DNA of 64,000 nt from Pseudomonadota bacterium (GCA_039799645.1 JBDLSG010000004.1:8369-72368); one strand, 5' to 3'. Positions 8,628 to 19,130 are shown, numbered from the stretch's first letter. Translations and numbers: made by a program. The notes: generated from the sequence alone by a model not told the origin.

Positions 8628-11318
8628 TTGCGACCGTTTGACGACATCGCCGATCGCCTTCGCGCAGGATCGGGGCTGATTGTTCCGACGCGCTCGCGGG
8701 CTGCGGCGATTCGGCTCGCGTACGCGCGCGAGCAACTGCGCTCGCTCGAGGTTTGGCGCACGCCGCTGGTCACCGCTGTCAATGGTTGGATGGCTGCATG
8801 GGTTCGAGAGGCGTACCTTAACGAGGGTCACCGCTTCCGGCGTCCGCTCGGGCTGCACGAAGAGTGGTGTCTATGGCATGACGCGGCTCGTGAGCTACTG
8901 ACGGCGCGCGACGATCCGCGTCCCTTCATCTGGTCGACGGATGCACTCGCCGACGCGTTGCAACAATCGGCGCGGCTGTGCAGTGAGTGGCGGATTGACG
9001 ATGCAAGTCTGTCGCGACACGCCTCGACGGAAGCCCAGTGGTTGTTAAGTGCGCGTCGCGCGGTGGGTACGGCGGCACGCGAGCAGGACGCAAGCGCCTC
9101 ATTCGAGCAAGGGGAGCTGTTGCTTGCGGGATCGCTGTTCAAGAGCGACGGACCGTCTTCGTATCAAACCTACCTAGGCGGGTTTATCCCGCCGTTGCTG
9201 CGTGACCTGTTCGTGGTCCAAGGCGTGTCGGCTCTTCAATCCGTTGCGAGAGCCGACGTTAAGGTGAGCCACCATAGACTGCCGACGCCGGCCGATGAGG
9301 TCGCAGCCGCCGCGCACTGGGCCCGTACCCGCTTAGAACAAAATTCCGAAGCGCGACTCTATATCGTCGTGCCCTCGCTCGAAGCACATCGTGCCGAGGT
9401 TGAACGGCATTTTTCGTCGCAGCTTACGCCGTCGCGTTGGCGTGATCCGGATTCTGAAACGCTCTTCGATATCGAGGGTGGGCGTCCGTTAGCCGAATAT
9501 TCCGAGCCGCGACAGGTTTTGCAATTGCTGCGCTGGTTGGCGGCTTACGACGAAGCAGAGGCCTTCGCCCGCTTGCTCGAGGGCGAGGTCTTCGACGATT
9601 TGTCGATCTCCGCGCGCGCGCGCTTGGCTGCATTGTTGCGTCGTGACCCCTTCGAGCGCCGCTCGGCAAGAGCGTGGCTCGCGGTCCTCGTGCAACTGCG
9701 AACCCCCACCGCAAGCGATGCGGGCGTTGTACAGGCCATCGTTCAGCGACTCGAGCGTGTGCAGGCCGAGTTCGAACGCAGTGGCCAAGGCTGGGCCGGG
9801 CGATTCGCCGCCATTGCTCAGCAAGCGGTCTTCGAGCACCGTCCGGCGCGAGATTCGACGACGCGACAGATTCGCGAGCAATGGCGCGAGTTGATTCAAG
9901 TCTTTGGCGAGATCGAGCGTTCGCGTTCCGCAGCGAACGGACAGCAGAGCGTGGGACTGCTCGCCTCACTGGCACAGCGTGAGTTCGTCGCGCCATCGCG
10001 CGGTGAGTTGCCCGTCACCATTACGCGTTCGCTCGATCATCCGGCCGTTCGATACGATGGCATCTACGTTTGTGGAATGCAGGCCGATGCGTGGCCGTCG
10101 CCGGCGCGAGCCGATCCGTTCATGCCGTATCTATTGCAACGAGCGCTCGGCATTCCGGAGTCGAGCGCACTCGGTCAATCGCAGCGTGCACAGCTGGCGA
10201 TGCGGCAGTGGGCTGAATCGACGCCCGATTTGCATTACTCCAGTGCGCTACGCGATGGTGAAACGGAGCTTCAGCCCAGCCCCTTGTTACGCCCCTACGA
10301 CGGTCAGAGCGCGTCTCCGCCGATCTCGTTCGCGCGAGCGCGTCGCGATGCGGATCCACGACGGCCGAGCTCGGAGCCCGCTGATACGACCGGTATTCCT
10401 TGGGATGCCGCACGCCGAATTCCGGGTGGTGCCGAAACCCTAGCGACTCAGGCATTGTGCGATTTCCGAGCCTATGCGGAACGTCGTCTACTCGGCAGGC
10501 AGGAGGAAGAGCTGGAACCGGGCATCTCTGCGCTCGTCCGCGGTAGTTTGCTGCATCGCGCACTGCATGTGTTGTGGCGTGAATTGATCGACTCGGAGCG
10601 TCTGCGTGCGTTGAGTGCTCGGCAACTCGATGCCGTGATCGAGTTGAGTCTGTCGGAGGCGTTGAGCGACCCCTCGTTATCAGCGGGCACAGAGGGCGCA
10701 GGATCGCTCGCGCAGCAGCAACTGCTCGCTCGCGAGCGGCGCCGATCAGAGCGTGTCATTCGCCGGTTGCTCGAGCTGGAGTTACGACGTCCACCGTTTA
10801 CCGTGCAATATCGCGAGCATCCGGTGTCTTTGACACTGGGTGAGGCGCGGCTTGAGCTTCGCGTCGATCGAATCGACCGTGTGCGTAACGGCTCGGAGTC
10901 GCCGGGCTTGATGATCCTCGACTACAAGAGCGGACGTCATCGTCCACTGTCGTTTTCGCTCGCCGAACTGGATGCGGTCCAGTTGTGGCTGTATGCGCTG
11001 TGTGTCGAAACTGAAGCTCAAGAGAGCATCGTGGCACTCGCGAACATCCATCTGAGTTCATCGGCGTGCCGGTACGTGGCATCGACGGACGACGGCGATC
11101 TATTGCCCGGTGTTAAAGCGGGCATTGCATGGTCTGAGCAGCGCGCTGAGGTACATCGCGAACTCCTAGCACTAGCGTCGCGCTTCATGCATGGCGTCGC
11201 GTCGGTGCGGCCGAGCCAGCGCGCCTGTCGCTATTGTGATTTACAGGGCTTGTGTCGACGGGCCGAGCTCGGCGCAGTGGGTTCGATCGACATTGATTCG
11301 GAAGAGGGCGCCGAATGA
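8628..11318 (+). CDS. addB: AddB-like PD-(D/E)XK nuclease subunit of a helicase-nuclease
   Basis: 896 aa. TTG start directly abuts the alaA TGA. C-terminal nuclease motif MILDYKSG. Fe-S type cysteines: one upstream (ALCDF) plus CRYCDLQGLC (C-x2-C-x5-C). Overlaps the downstream helicase gene by 4 nt. Confidence 0.8.
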   Translation: MRPFDDIADRLRAGSGLIVPTRSRAAAIRLAYAREQLRSLEVWRTPLVTAVNGWMAAWVREAYLNEGHRFRRPLGLHEEWCLWHDAARELLTARDDPRPFIWSTDALADALQQSARLCSEWRIDDASLSRHASTEAQWLLSARRAVGTAAREQDASASFEQGELLLAGSLFKSDGPSSYQTYLGGFIPPLLRDLFVVQGVSALQSVARADVKVSHHRLPTPADEVAAAAHWARTRLEQNSEARLYIVVPSLEAHRAEVERHFSSQLTPSRWRDPDSETLFDIEGGRPLAEYSEPRQVLQLLRWLAAYDEAEAFARLLEGEVFDDLSISARARLAALLRRDPFERRSARAWLAVLVQLRTPTASDAGVVQAIVQRLERVQAEFERSGQGWAGRFAAIAQQAVFEHRPARDSTTRQIREQWRELIQVFGEIERSRSAANGQQSVGLLASLAQREFVAPSRGELPVTITRSLDHPAVRYDGIYVCGMQADAWPSPARADPFMPYLLQRALGIPESSALGQSQRAQLAMRQWAESTPDLHYSSALRDGETELQPSPLLRPYDGQSASPPISFARARRDADPRRPSSEPADTTGIPWDAARRIPGGAETLATQALCDFRAYAERRLLGRQEEELEPGISALVRGSLLHRALHVLWRELIDSERLRALSARQLDAVIELSLSEALSDPSLSAGTEGAGSLAQQQLLARERRRSERVIRRLLELELRRPPFTVQYREHPVSLTLGEARLELRVDRIDRVRNGSESPGLMILDYKSGRHRPLSFSLAELDAVQLWLYALCVETEAQESIVALANIHLSSSACRYVASTDDGDLLPGVKAGIAWSEQRAEVHRELLALASRFMHGVASVRPSQRACRYCDLQGLCRRAELGAVGSIDIDSEEGAE

Positions 11319-14300
11319 CGCTTCTCGAGAAAGATACCGAGGCTCGCGCTGACTCGCTTGATATCACTCGGTCGCTGATCGTCCAGGCACCGGCTGGCTC
11401 AGGCAAGACAACGTTGCTCATTCAGCGCTATTTGCGCCTGCTTGCCTCGGTCGATGAGCCCGAATCGATTCTCGCGATGACATTTACGCGCAAGGCTGCG
11501 GGCGAGATGCTGGCGCGAGTCGAGCAGGCCCTGGCACAGGCGGCGCTGCCCGAATCCAGTTGGCCGGATGATCCATCCAAACGCCAAACAATCGTGCTCG
11601 CGCACGCGGCGTTACAGCATGCGCAGGCGTGCGGTTGGCAGTTATCGGAAACGCCGGGTCGCTTGCGCATCCAAACGATCGACGGCGTCCACAGAAGTCT
11701 CGCTGCGGCCGTCCCCATCAGTGCCGGCGGCGCTGGCCAGCTTGCGCTCGCGGCGCAGCCGATGTTGCTTTATCGAGAAGTCGCGCGCCGCAGCCTGCGC
11801 GAAGCCGAACTGGATCCGGAGTGGGCGTCGATCTCGGGGCGACTATTCGACCATCTGGACAATGCTTGGGTGCGGGTCGAAGACCTGCTGGCGAAGATGT
11901 TGGCGCAGCGGGCACGCTGGTTGCCCCACCTTGTCGGGCGCCGCTTTGAGGAGCTTTCTGAGGAATTGTCGCAGGGCATCGCAAAGGTCTTACGGCAGTT
12001 GCAAGCACAGCTGGAGCAAACCTTTGAATCCGGGGCTCGGCGTCAGATTGTCGAGTTGGCGCGGCATGCGAAGACCACGCTCGATGCAGCGGGTGGGGAC
12101 GCTGATCTTCGACGCCAGTTGCAGGCGATCGCCGATGCCGAAGAAGGTGTGGCAAATGATGCGTTAGTGCCGGATATCGAGTGTTGGCGTGCCATTGCCC
12201 ATCTCGTATTGACCAAGAAAGATCAATCTGGAGCCATCCAGTTTCGGCGGCGTGTAGATATCCGGCAGGGGTTCGGCCCGAAGGATCCGAAGAAGAAAAT
12301 GTTCGAGCAGTGGTTGACCGACTGGTCGTCACCAGAGCGTGCGACGTTGTTGGATGAGGCGCGACAAGCGCCGCCAGTCTGTTTCGATGCCGACGAGCGC
12401 GAGCTCATGCAAGCGCTCGTTCGATTGCTACTGCTCGCCGCAAGTCAGCTGGAATTGGCGTTTCGCGAGCGAGGCGAAGTGGATTTCATCGGCGTCGCAG
12501 CCGCCGCGCGCGAGGTGCTTCGGGAAGTGGGCGATCTCGACCGTGAGCGAGTACTGCATCAAGGTAGTCGTCTGCAGCATCTGTTGATCGACGAGTTTCA
12601 GGATACCTCGCGAGATCAATTTGAGTTGATTCTAGGGCTGACTCGCGATTGGCAGTCCGGTGATGGTCGTACGCTATTCGTAGTGGGTGACCCCATGCAG
12701 TCGATCTATCAGTTCCGTGAGGCGCGGGTCGATCTGTTCGAAGCCGCATTGCGAGATGGTTTCGGCGACGTAAAACTCGCGCCGCGTTCATTAGCGCGTA
12801 ATTTTCGCTCGGTTCCCGCCATCGTCGAGCACGTGAATCAGCTATTCACGGTGGTCTTTCCCAAGGTCGTTGAGCCACGCGAGTCGGCGGTGCCATTCGC
12901 CGCGAGCCTTGCCGGACGCGACGTCAGCCGTATACAGCGCGATGCCAGCGGCGCCGTCCCGGCCATCGACTGGCGACTCGCTGCAATGGTGGGCGATGAC
13001 GCACAGTCCCAGCGCTGGGAAACCGAAGCCGTCGTGGACTGCGTGCGTCGCTGGCGTGCCGACGCATCAGTCGATTCGATTGCCATACTCGTTGCAGCCC
13101 GTCATCACGCGACAGCACTGGTGGCGGCGCTACGCGCCGCAGGCTATCCCGTCCGCGGTGTCGATCTTGTGCCGCTCGCGGAGACGTCGGTCGTGCAGGA
13201 CCTGCTTGCACTGACGCGCGCTTTAGCTTCAGTGCTCGATCGGCTCGCTTGGCTCACGATTTTGCGTGCGCCATGGTGCGGAATGTCGCTGGTCGATTTG
13301 ACGGCGCTGCTAGCGGATCAGCCCCACGCGGCGATCACCGAATTGTGGGAGAACGAGGAGCGACTCGCTCGATTGTCCCCCGAGGGTCGCTCACGTGTTC
13401 ATCATTTGCGCAGTTGCGTGGCGCCGATGTTGGTTCGCAGCGATCTTTCGCTATCGGCGCGTGTCGAAGCGGTTTGGTTGCAGCTTCACGCACCGGCCTG
13501 CTACGAGGACGAGGGCGCTATCGATGATGCTCGGCGATATTTTGATGCCTTGGCCGAAGCGTCGCTGCGTCCAGGCTGGCGCGCCGCCGTTGATCTGAGC
13601 GCGATGCTCGAGGGCCTGTATGCAGCCGGTAGCACGGTGACCGGTGCGATCGAAGTGATGACGATCCACCGCTCCAAAGGTCTCGAGTTCGACGCCGTGA
13701 TTGTGCCCGGATTGTCTCGTCGGGTTCAGAGCGACCCGCGTGAGTTACTCGAGTTGGTCGAATGGCAGGAGGGTGAGCAATCCTTGGCGCTGTTCGGGCC
13801 CATCGAGGCTAGCGACGCGGTGGCGGGTCGACCATCGGTTGCGGCTTGGATACGTCGTTTGCGTTCCCGACGCATCGATCGTGAGCGAGCCCGTTTGTTA
13901 TACGTGGCAATGACCAGGGCGAAGCGCTATCTCGCGCCCATCGCCTGCTTTACCGTCAAGAAGGATGGGGAGGCATCGATTCCCGCACGCTCGCCACTTG
14001 GCGTGCTGCGGCCCGCGATGGTGGAGCGCATCGAACGCGCGCTTCGAGAACCGCTGATGCCGATCGAGCTCGACAGCGCAGTGCTTGCACCGATGGGTTT
14101 TCGTCGCTGGCCGGTCGATTTCGAAGCGCCCGTATGGCCAGAGAATCTCACGGTATCGACGCTGAACCTGTCGAGCACCGAGTTGGATGCCGAGCCGGAA
14201 CGAATGATCGCTCAGAGCGGCGATCCCCATGCGCGCGCTTTGGGCATCGTGATCCACCGGGAGCTCGAACGGCTCGCTCGCCAAGCGCAGTTGCCGTTCG

Positions 14301-14737
14301 AGATCGATGCGTCAGCAATGCTGCGTTGGCGTCAGGGATTGCTGCTTGAGGGCGTTCCTCGTGAGCGATGTGATTGGTATCTCGAGCGAGTTCGCGCCGC
14401 AGTACAACGGACTTTGCAGGATGAACGCGGACGTTGGATTCTCGCTCGACGCGATGAACGCGACGGAATCGAACTGGCACTGACTGGCAAGGTTGCGGGG
14501 CGTATCGTCAACGTTGTGATCGATCGTTGTTTCGTGGAGGCCGGTCAGCGTTGGGTGATCGATTACAAGACATCGATTCCGTCCGATGACAACTTATCTG
14601 GTTTCCTCGATGCGCAGCGCGAAGCCCATCGAGCTCAATTGGAGCGTTATTCGAATTTACTGGCGCGATTCGGTCCAGAGCCCGTGCGTGCCGCGCTCTA
14701 TTTTCCGACGTTGGCTCAATTTGTTGAACTGAACTAA
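11315..14737 (+). CDS. addA: AddA-like UvrD/Rep-family helicase with C-terminal PD-(D/E)XK nuclease
   Basis: 1140 aa. Walker A QAPAGSGKTTLL, motif II LLIDEFQDTS, motif III VGDPMQSIYQFREA, NFRS, TIHRSKGLEFDAVIV, LLYVAMTRAK, C-terminal VIDYKTS. Confidence 0.85.
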   Translation: MTLLEKDTEARADSLDITRSLIVQAPAGSGKTTLLIQRYLRLLASVDEPESILAMTFTRKAAGEMLARVEQALAQAALPESSWPDDPSKRQTIVLAHAALQHAQACGWQLSETPGRLRIQTIDGVHRSLAAAVPISAGGAGQLALAAQPMLLYREVARRSLREAELDPEWASISGRLFDHLDNAWVRVEDLLAKMLAQRARWLPHLVGRRFEELSEELSQGIAKVLRQLQAQLEQTFESGARRQIVELARHAKTTLDAAGGDADLRRQLQAIADAEEGVANDALVPDIECWRAIAHLVLTKKDQSGAIQFRRRVDIRQGFGPKDPKKKMFEQWLTDWSSPERATLLDEARQAPPVCFDADERELMQALVRLLLLAASQLELAFRERGEVDFIGVAAAAREVLREVGDLDRERVLHQGSRLQHLLIDEFQDTSRDQFELILGLTRDWQSGDGRTLFVVGDPMQSIYQFREARVDLFEAALRDGFGDVKLAPRSLARNFRSVPAIVEHVNQLFTVVFPKVVEPRESAVPFAASLAGRDVSRIQRDASGAVPAIDWRLAAMVGDDAQSQRWETEAVVDCVRRWRADASVDSIAILVAARHHATALVAALRAAGYPVRGVDLVPLAETSVVQDLLALTRALASVLDRLAWLTILRAPWCGMSLVDLTALLADQPHAAITELWENEERLARLSPEGRSRVHHLRSCVAPMLVRSDLSLSARVEAVWLQLHAPACYEDEGAIDDARRYFDALAEASLRPGWRAAVDLSAMLEGLYAAGSTVTGAIEVMTIHRSKGLEFDAVIVPGLSRRVQSDPRELLELVEWQEGEQSLALFGPIEASDAVAGRPSVAAWIRRLRSRRIDRERARLLYVAMTRAKRYLAPIACFTVKKDGEASIPARSPLGVLRPAMVERIERALREPLMPIELDSAVLAPMGFRRWPVDFEAPVWPENLTVSTLNLSSTELDAEPERMIAQSGDPHARALGIVIHRELERLARQAQLPFEIDASAMLRWRQGLLLEGVPRERCDWYLERVRAAVQRTLQDERGRWILARRDERDGIELALTGKVAGRIVNVVIDRCFVEAGQRWVIDYKTSIPSDDNLSGFLDAQREAHRAQLERYSNLLARFGPEPVRAALYFPTLAQFVELN

Positions 14738-14750
14738 CTCGGGGGTGCGG

Positions 14751-15557
14751 TCAGCGCAGCAGCGTCCAAATCGATCCCTCGATGGTCAGGTCATACTCGC
14801 CACGAGAGTTCACCGGACCAAAGGAGCTAAGCGCGGCGCGCAAGCCAAGATCGGCATTGCCGCTCAAACGTATCTTCAGCTGCAAGCGATAGCGTCCATC
14901 GCGTTGCCACTCGAGGGGGCCGGACAGACGCAGCCCACCATCGCTTGAGAGAATTTCGCCGTGTCCGTCCGGGTTGATCCGCAGTACATGATTTCCGTAA
15001 GCGAAAAATCGAAGCTCACCTTGAAGGTGCTCGATCTCTTTGGCGTTGCCCGACGCCAGGGGTATCGTCAGTGACAGGCCCTCGGTAGTGGGCAGGCCCT
15101 GCCATAGTCGTCGCAGATCAGGATCAGCAAGTGGGCCTAGCGATTGATAGTTCGAGGTGAAATAGACGTCACGGACTTGCCAAGTGGAGTTCATATCCCA
15201 ATGAACGTCAGCCCGTGCGTTCGCACCGGCGAATTGCCACATGAGCTCGACTTTCGGGCTCAGCGCAAATAGCGACCACGCTGAGATGTGCCACTGCAAG
15301 TGACCGAGCTCCGTTCGCGAACCGAACGAGTCGAGCCGTTGCAGGTTCCGACACTCACCTCGCCAGACGGTTCCGGCGGTGTCGGCGCAAATGAATTCCG
15401 CGGGCAGTGCGGGCCGAAGCCATGCGGCCGGCGCCCAAACAATGGCGCCGACGAAACAGGCGAGGATGAAAAAAGTGGTGGGCGCTCGCGATCGCCGTGG
15501 TCTGCGATCAGCGCTGGCCGAGGCTGCCACGGATTTCGCCGCTGACGCGTCCGTCAC
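14751..15557 (-). CDS. gspN: Type II secretion system protein N (GspN/XpsN-like)
   Basis: Last gene of the gspG-M operon. Basic N-terminus followed by a single TM segment (TTFFILACFVGAIVWAPAAW). The call rests mainly on position and topology, and the start is uncertain. Confidence 0.6.
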   Translation of the reverse strand: MTDASAAKSVAASASADRRPRRSRAPTTFFILACFVGAIVWAPAAWLRPALPAEFICADTAGTVWRGECRNLQRLDSFGSRTELGHLQWHISAWSLFALSPKVELMWQFAGANARADVHWDMNSTWQVRDVYFTSNYQSLGPLADPDLRRLWQGLPTTEGLSLTIPLASGNAKEIEHLQGELRFFAYGNHVLRINPDGHGEILSSDGGLRLSGPLEWQRDGRYRLQLKIRLSGNADLGLRAALSSFGPVNSRGEYDLTIEGSIWTLLR

Positions 15558-15927
15558 TCGCGCGACGCAACTGAAGTTGTTGAATACGACCGCCCGATTG
15601 TTCCCACGCGGCGATTTGTTCTAACACCTGCTCGAAGGGCAGATCGGTCACGGCCAGCGTGGTGATGCCCGCTTCGGTTCGTGCAGTCGCGAGCAAAGCG
15701 GAGCTCGTCGAGGCTGTACTGCCGGACGATATCAGCTGCGTTATGCGCGGCTCCAAGGTGGCGGCTCGTTGCCAACGTTGCATCGCAGCATCGCGCGCGT
15801 CGAGCAACCAGCCGAACGCGCCGAGCAGCAGGAGCGCGCCAATGACCGGTATGCCGATACGTAGGATTCGCTGCTCCCGCGGCTGTAGCCCGTCGAACCA
15901 TTGGGTCACGCTGGTAGGTAACGTCAT
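15508..15927 (-). CDS. gspM: Type II secretion system protein M
   Basis: Start ATG 15927 (MTLPTSVTQWF) forms an ATGA overlap with the gspL stop. Has the LQPREQR motif followed by a TM segment (ILRIGIPVIGALLLLGAFGWLL). Confidence 0.7.
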   Translation of the reverse strand: MTLPTSVTQWFDGLQPREQRILRIGIPVIGALLLLGAFGWLLDARDAAMQRWQRAATLEPRITQLISSGSTASTSSALLATARTEAGITTLAVTDLPFEQVLEQIAAWEQSGGRIQQLQLRRASDGRVSGEIRGSLGQR

Positions 15928-17132
15928 GGGCGCACCAACTCGATCACCAGAGCGCCTTGCGGATCGTTGCCTTCGGAGATTTGCCAACCTGCTGCTGACC
16001 ACGCAGCGCGCCAAGCGGCGAGTTCTTCTGGCGCCGCGCCGCCTAAACGCAGCGTCGCTCGCCCAGGCTGCAGATCGATGCTATCGAGTTTCATTGAGGT
16101 TGCGCCCGAGGCATGGCCGCGTGAGGCATTGACCAATGAATTCAACGTATCGAGTGTGGGTGAGGGCGCTGATCGGCTCGTCGTGGCCAACAGTTGCCGC
16201 TCGAGTAGTGGCACGACGTTGGTGCTCGAGCTGCCCGGCGGGAGTAGGGCGCTCGCTTGCGCGGCGATACGTTCTTCAAGTGTGCGCGCGCGCGAGCTCG
16301 CCATGGTCAGATCCAACACGATTTGCGCCAGAAAAACGGCGAAGATGGTCGCTGCAACACGCAGCGGCCAGCGCCAACGCTGCCAGCTTTCCGAGCGCGT
16401 TTGTTGTGGCGCGAACTCGCTGTGCAAGAGATTGTGCGGTCGCGCAGCAGCAAGTTCGCGCGACAGCCACTCGAGCGGATGCTCCATTGCATGCAACTGA
16501 ACGCTGACGAGTCGAGTGCGCAGGGCGTCGAGTGCCGCGCCGTGCTGTTGCAGATCGGCGGCGCTGGCGTAAACGCGCAATCCCAAAGTGCCGGGGGGTG
16601 TTGCGCCTAGTGACCAATCGAGCGCCTCGTGCAGCGCGTCGACGGGCCAGGTGCGTCGCAAACCCGCTGGGGTGATCCAGTGCGTATCAGCACCATCGAT
16701 CCACAGCAGCACGTCACCGGGCTTGGATGCGATGCAATCGGCGTCGGCATAGACAGCAATGGGCTTCAGCCCCGCGGTATCGAGTGTCGCGAGCAGACGG
16801 CTCAACCAGTCCCGATCGATCGCCGCGACTTCGATGTCGATTCGGCCGCCGCCCGCAGGCTGCGAGTCGACGATGCTCAAATGCTGTGACTCGATATCGC
16901 CGACGAGGCGGTCTTCGATGGCGTAGGCGGCTGCGTGTCGTAATTTGTGCGGCGGTACGCTGGGTAGCGTTACGCTGAGTCGCGGTACTAGCGCTGCGCA
17001 GACCAGAACGATCAAAGAGGGTGCCGTGTGCGGCCCGTCTGCTCCAACCGGCGGTAGAGAGAGCTTGAATGACGCGATCGCCGCGTCCAAGTTGGCGCCC
17101 GTCGGGATGTGGAGCAAGAGTGGTTCGTTCAT
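15924..17132 (-). CDS. gspL: Type II secretion system protein L
   Basis: 402 aa. Cytoplasmic N-domain, central TM segment (LRVAATIFAVFLAQIVLDL), periplasmic C-domain. Lies between gspK and gspM with overlapping stop/start codons. Confidence 0.75.
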   Translation of the reverse strand: MNEPLLLHIPTGANLDAAIASFKLSLPPVGADGPHTAPSLIVLVCAALVPRLSVTLPSVPPHKLRHAAAYAIEDRLVGDIESQHLSIVDSQPAGGGRIDIEVAAIDRDWLSRLLATLDTAGLKPIAVYADADCIASKPGDVLLWIDGADTHWITPAGLRRTWPVDALHEALDWSLGATPPGTLGLRVYASAADLQQHGAALDALRTRLVSVQLHAMEHPLEWLSRELAAARPHNLLHSEFAPQQTRSESWQRWRWPLRVAATIFAVFLAQIVLDLTMASSRARTLEERIAAQASALLPPGSSSTNVVPLLERQLLATTSRSAPSPTLDTLNSLVNASRGHASGATSMKLDSIDLQPGRATLRLGGAAPEELAAWRAAWSAAGWQISEGNDPQGALVIELVRP

Positions 17133-18079
17133 GGCGCCGTATGTCGTAGCAAGACCCGAATCTGGCCGGTAGCCGGCTCCGCTTGATGCAGCAGACTGAA
17201 TGCAGTGTAGCCGGAACGACCGCTAGACACGTAGCTGAAGAGCCCAAAGTAGCGGCTGCGCTCACCAATGCCGAGTGCGTTACGTAAGGCGTCAAACTCG
17301 GTGGGATCACCGAGACTGTTGCGCAAGACATCCATGCGCGGGAAGCAGCCTGTTTGCCGATTTCGCTGTAAGGACTCCTCCGCGCCGCTCCACTGACGCT
17401 CGCCAGTTAATGCATCGAGTAGTGGGCCAGTCGCGGTACAGAGATTCAAGCCGGCATCACGTGGCAGAGCGGCAATGTGCGACTCGAGTTTGCGGTAGCG
17501 ATCGAGATCGAACCCCTCGATCGCAAGCAATTCACTCGTCGAGGTAATGATGCGATTGGCCGGTCTGTAGCCCGGCGTGAGCGAACTATAATTGCTGGCT
17601 TCCGCCCCGCCATCGAGCGACTGGTCATCGGTGTCGAGCCAGTCGATGATCTTGGGGGCCCATTGCGGCTCAAGCTCCAGGTTCTGCAGTAAACGCTCGA
17701 GAGTGCGTCGCGCCAGTTCGTTCGGCCGTCCATCGGCACTCACCAGTGCATTCACATTGAATCGTCCCTGCAGATCGACCACGCGAGCTTCCATGAGGTA
17801 GCCGGGGATGATTTCCACCGGGCCATATGGGCGCGCCCAACGTTGTGAGCCGTGCAGAGCGGCATTCGGATCTTCGAGTGCTTCTCGAAGCAACGAGGCG
17901 GCCAATGCCTCTGTTGCGGCGCTGATTTCGCGCGCTTGCTCTTGTGAGGCGCTGCCTGCCGTTCGACGAATGGCCAAGCCCGTCTCGGCGGTGAGTGCGT
18001 AGGCGAGCGCGGCCGTGATCGCGAGCACGATGAGCGCCGTCAACAGCGCGATCCCATGGCCTCGTAAGCGTCTGTTCAC
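17129..18079 (-). CDS. gspK: Type II secretion system minor pseudopilin K
   Basis: GTG 18079 (VNRRLRGHGIALLTALIVLAITAAL) forms a GTGA overlap with the gspJ stop. Contains a GspK-type QGRFNVNAL motif. Confidence 0.8.
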   Translation of the reverse strand: MNRRLRGHGIALLTALIVLAITAALAYALTAETGLAIRRTAGSASQEQAREISAATEALAASLLREALEDPNAALHGSQRWARPYGPVEIIPGYLMEARVVDLQGRFNVNALVSADGRPNELARRTLERLLQNLELEPQWAPKIIDWLDTDDQSLDGGAEASNYSSLTPGYRPANRIITSTSELLAIEGFDLDRYRKLESHIAALPRDAGLNLCTATGPLLDALTGERQWSGAEESLQRNRQTGCFPRMDVLRNSLGDPTEFDALRNALGIGERSRYFGLFSYVSSGRSGYTAFSLLHQAEPATGQIRVLLRHTAP

Positions 18080-18705
18080 CCGGGAACCTCCCACACGCGA
18101 CGGAGTACACCATCGCGCTCGGTCTCGATACGCATTTCGACGGCGCGAGGTCGCTGTCGCAAGGCGCCGGATGTCGCGCTCGTGCTTGGTTTTGGCCAGA
18201 CGCGACTCCACTGTCCCTCATCATCGAGAAAGCGAAACTCCAGCACGCGAACGTCACGCAGCAACACGCGAAGGCGTGGCTCAACTCCGGCCACCGGGTC
18301 GAGCACGGGCCAGGAGAGTCGTCGCAGTTCGCCTTGCTCCAGTCGGTATTCGACGCGGCGTATCGTCGGGCGCCCGCTAGCGCGCGCATCACCCTCACCA
18401 CCGCGAGTCAGCGCGAGCACTCGACCGCTACCATCGGCTCCGATCACGGCAGCGAGTTCGCCACGACCCAGCATGTCGGCGATCGGTCGCGGCGTCATTT
18501 GCGTGATATCGAGGGTGAGTAGTCGCATTGCGCGTTGCAAACTGGCGAGCTCATCCTGAGCGAGTCGTATACCGTCACGTTGTTGCGTCGCTTGCATCAA
18601 CGCGCCGTAGCCCACGGCGAACATCACTGCGGAAACGAACAGGGCAACCACCAGTTCGAGCAGCGTGAAGCCGCGTCGCGGAAATCTCGCTAGATCAGAC
18701 CGCAT
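18076..18705 (-). CDS. gspJ: Type II secretion system minor pseudopilin J
   Basis: Start ATG 18705 (MRSDLARFPRRGFTLLELVVALFV) gives a prepilin leader plus hydrophobic helix. Shares 1 nt with the gspI stop. Confidence 0.85.
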   Translation of the reverse strand: MRSDLARFPRRGFTLLELVVALFVSAVMFAVGYGALMQATQQRDGIRLAQDELASLQRAMRLLTLDITQMTPRPIADMLGRGELAAVIGADGSGRVLALTRGGEGDARASGRPTIRRVEYRLEQGELRRLSWPVLDPVAGVEPRLRVLLRDVRVLEFRFLDDEGQWSRVWPKPSTSATSGALRQRPRAVEMRIETERDGVLRRVWEVPG

Positions 18706-19130
18706 CAGGGTGCGCTCCGACTTGCCGTATCCCATATCGCATCGTCACGGCCGCGGCTTGCAAGATCATCGCCTCTGGCGCCATGGACGGTGACGAGCCA
18801 ATCGTCGCCGCTCGTTCGACCGGTGAGCCTCGCGTCCACACGAATACGCCAGACGCCGCGGACATCACTACGCTCGATGGTTTGCCGCCATTGCCAGCGC
18901 TGACCGGCCATCGTTTCTTCGCCGATTTCGGTGGAGGCGAGCGGCCAATCGCGCGAGACGCGAATCTCTGCCATTCGATTGAGAGCGACCCATTCGGCGT
19001 AACTGCGTTCGCGCAGTCGGGAAGTGGATTGAGAGCCGGTGCCGAGTGCGGTCATCACCGCTGCGGAACCCAGCGCGACGATCGCGAGTGCAACCAGCAC
19101 CTCGACCAAAGTAAAACCGCGCAAGTTCAC
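18705..19130 (-). CDS. gspI: Type II secretion system minor pseudopilin I
   Basis: GTG 19130 (VNLRGFTLVEVLVALAIVALG) forms a GTGA overlap with the gspH stop. Confidence 0.85.
   Translation of the reverse strand: MNLRGFTLVEVLVALAIVALGSAAVMTALGTGSQSTSRLRERSYAEWVALNRMAEIRVSRDWPLASTEIGEETMAGQRWQWRQTIERSDVRGVWRIRVDARLTGRTSGDDWLVTVHGARGDDLASRGRDDAIWDTASRSAP

Noticed and set aside
17670-18401. 243-aa minus-strand ORF overlapping gspK/gspJ
   Set aside because: It is an alternative frame within the pseudopilin genes. It has no prepilin motif, and its composition is Arg/Ala/Cys-rich and implausible.
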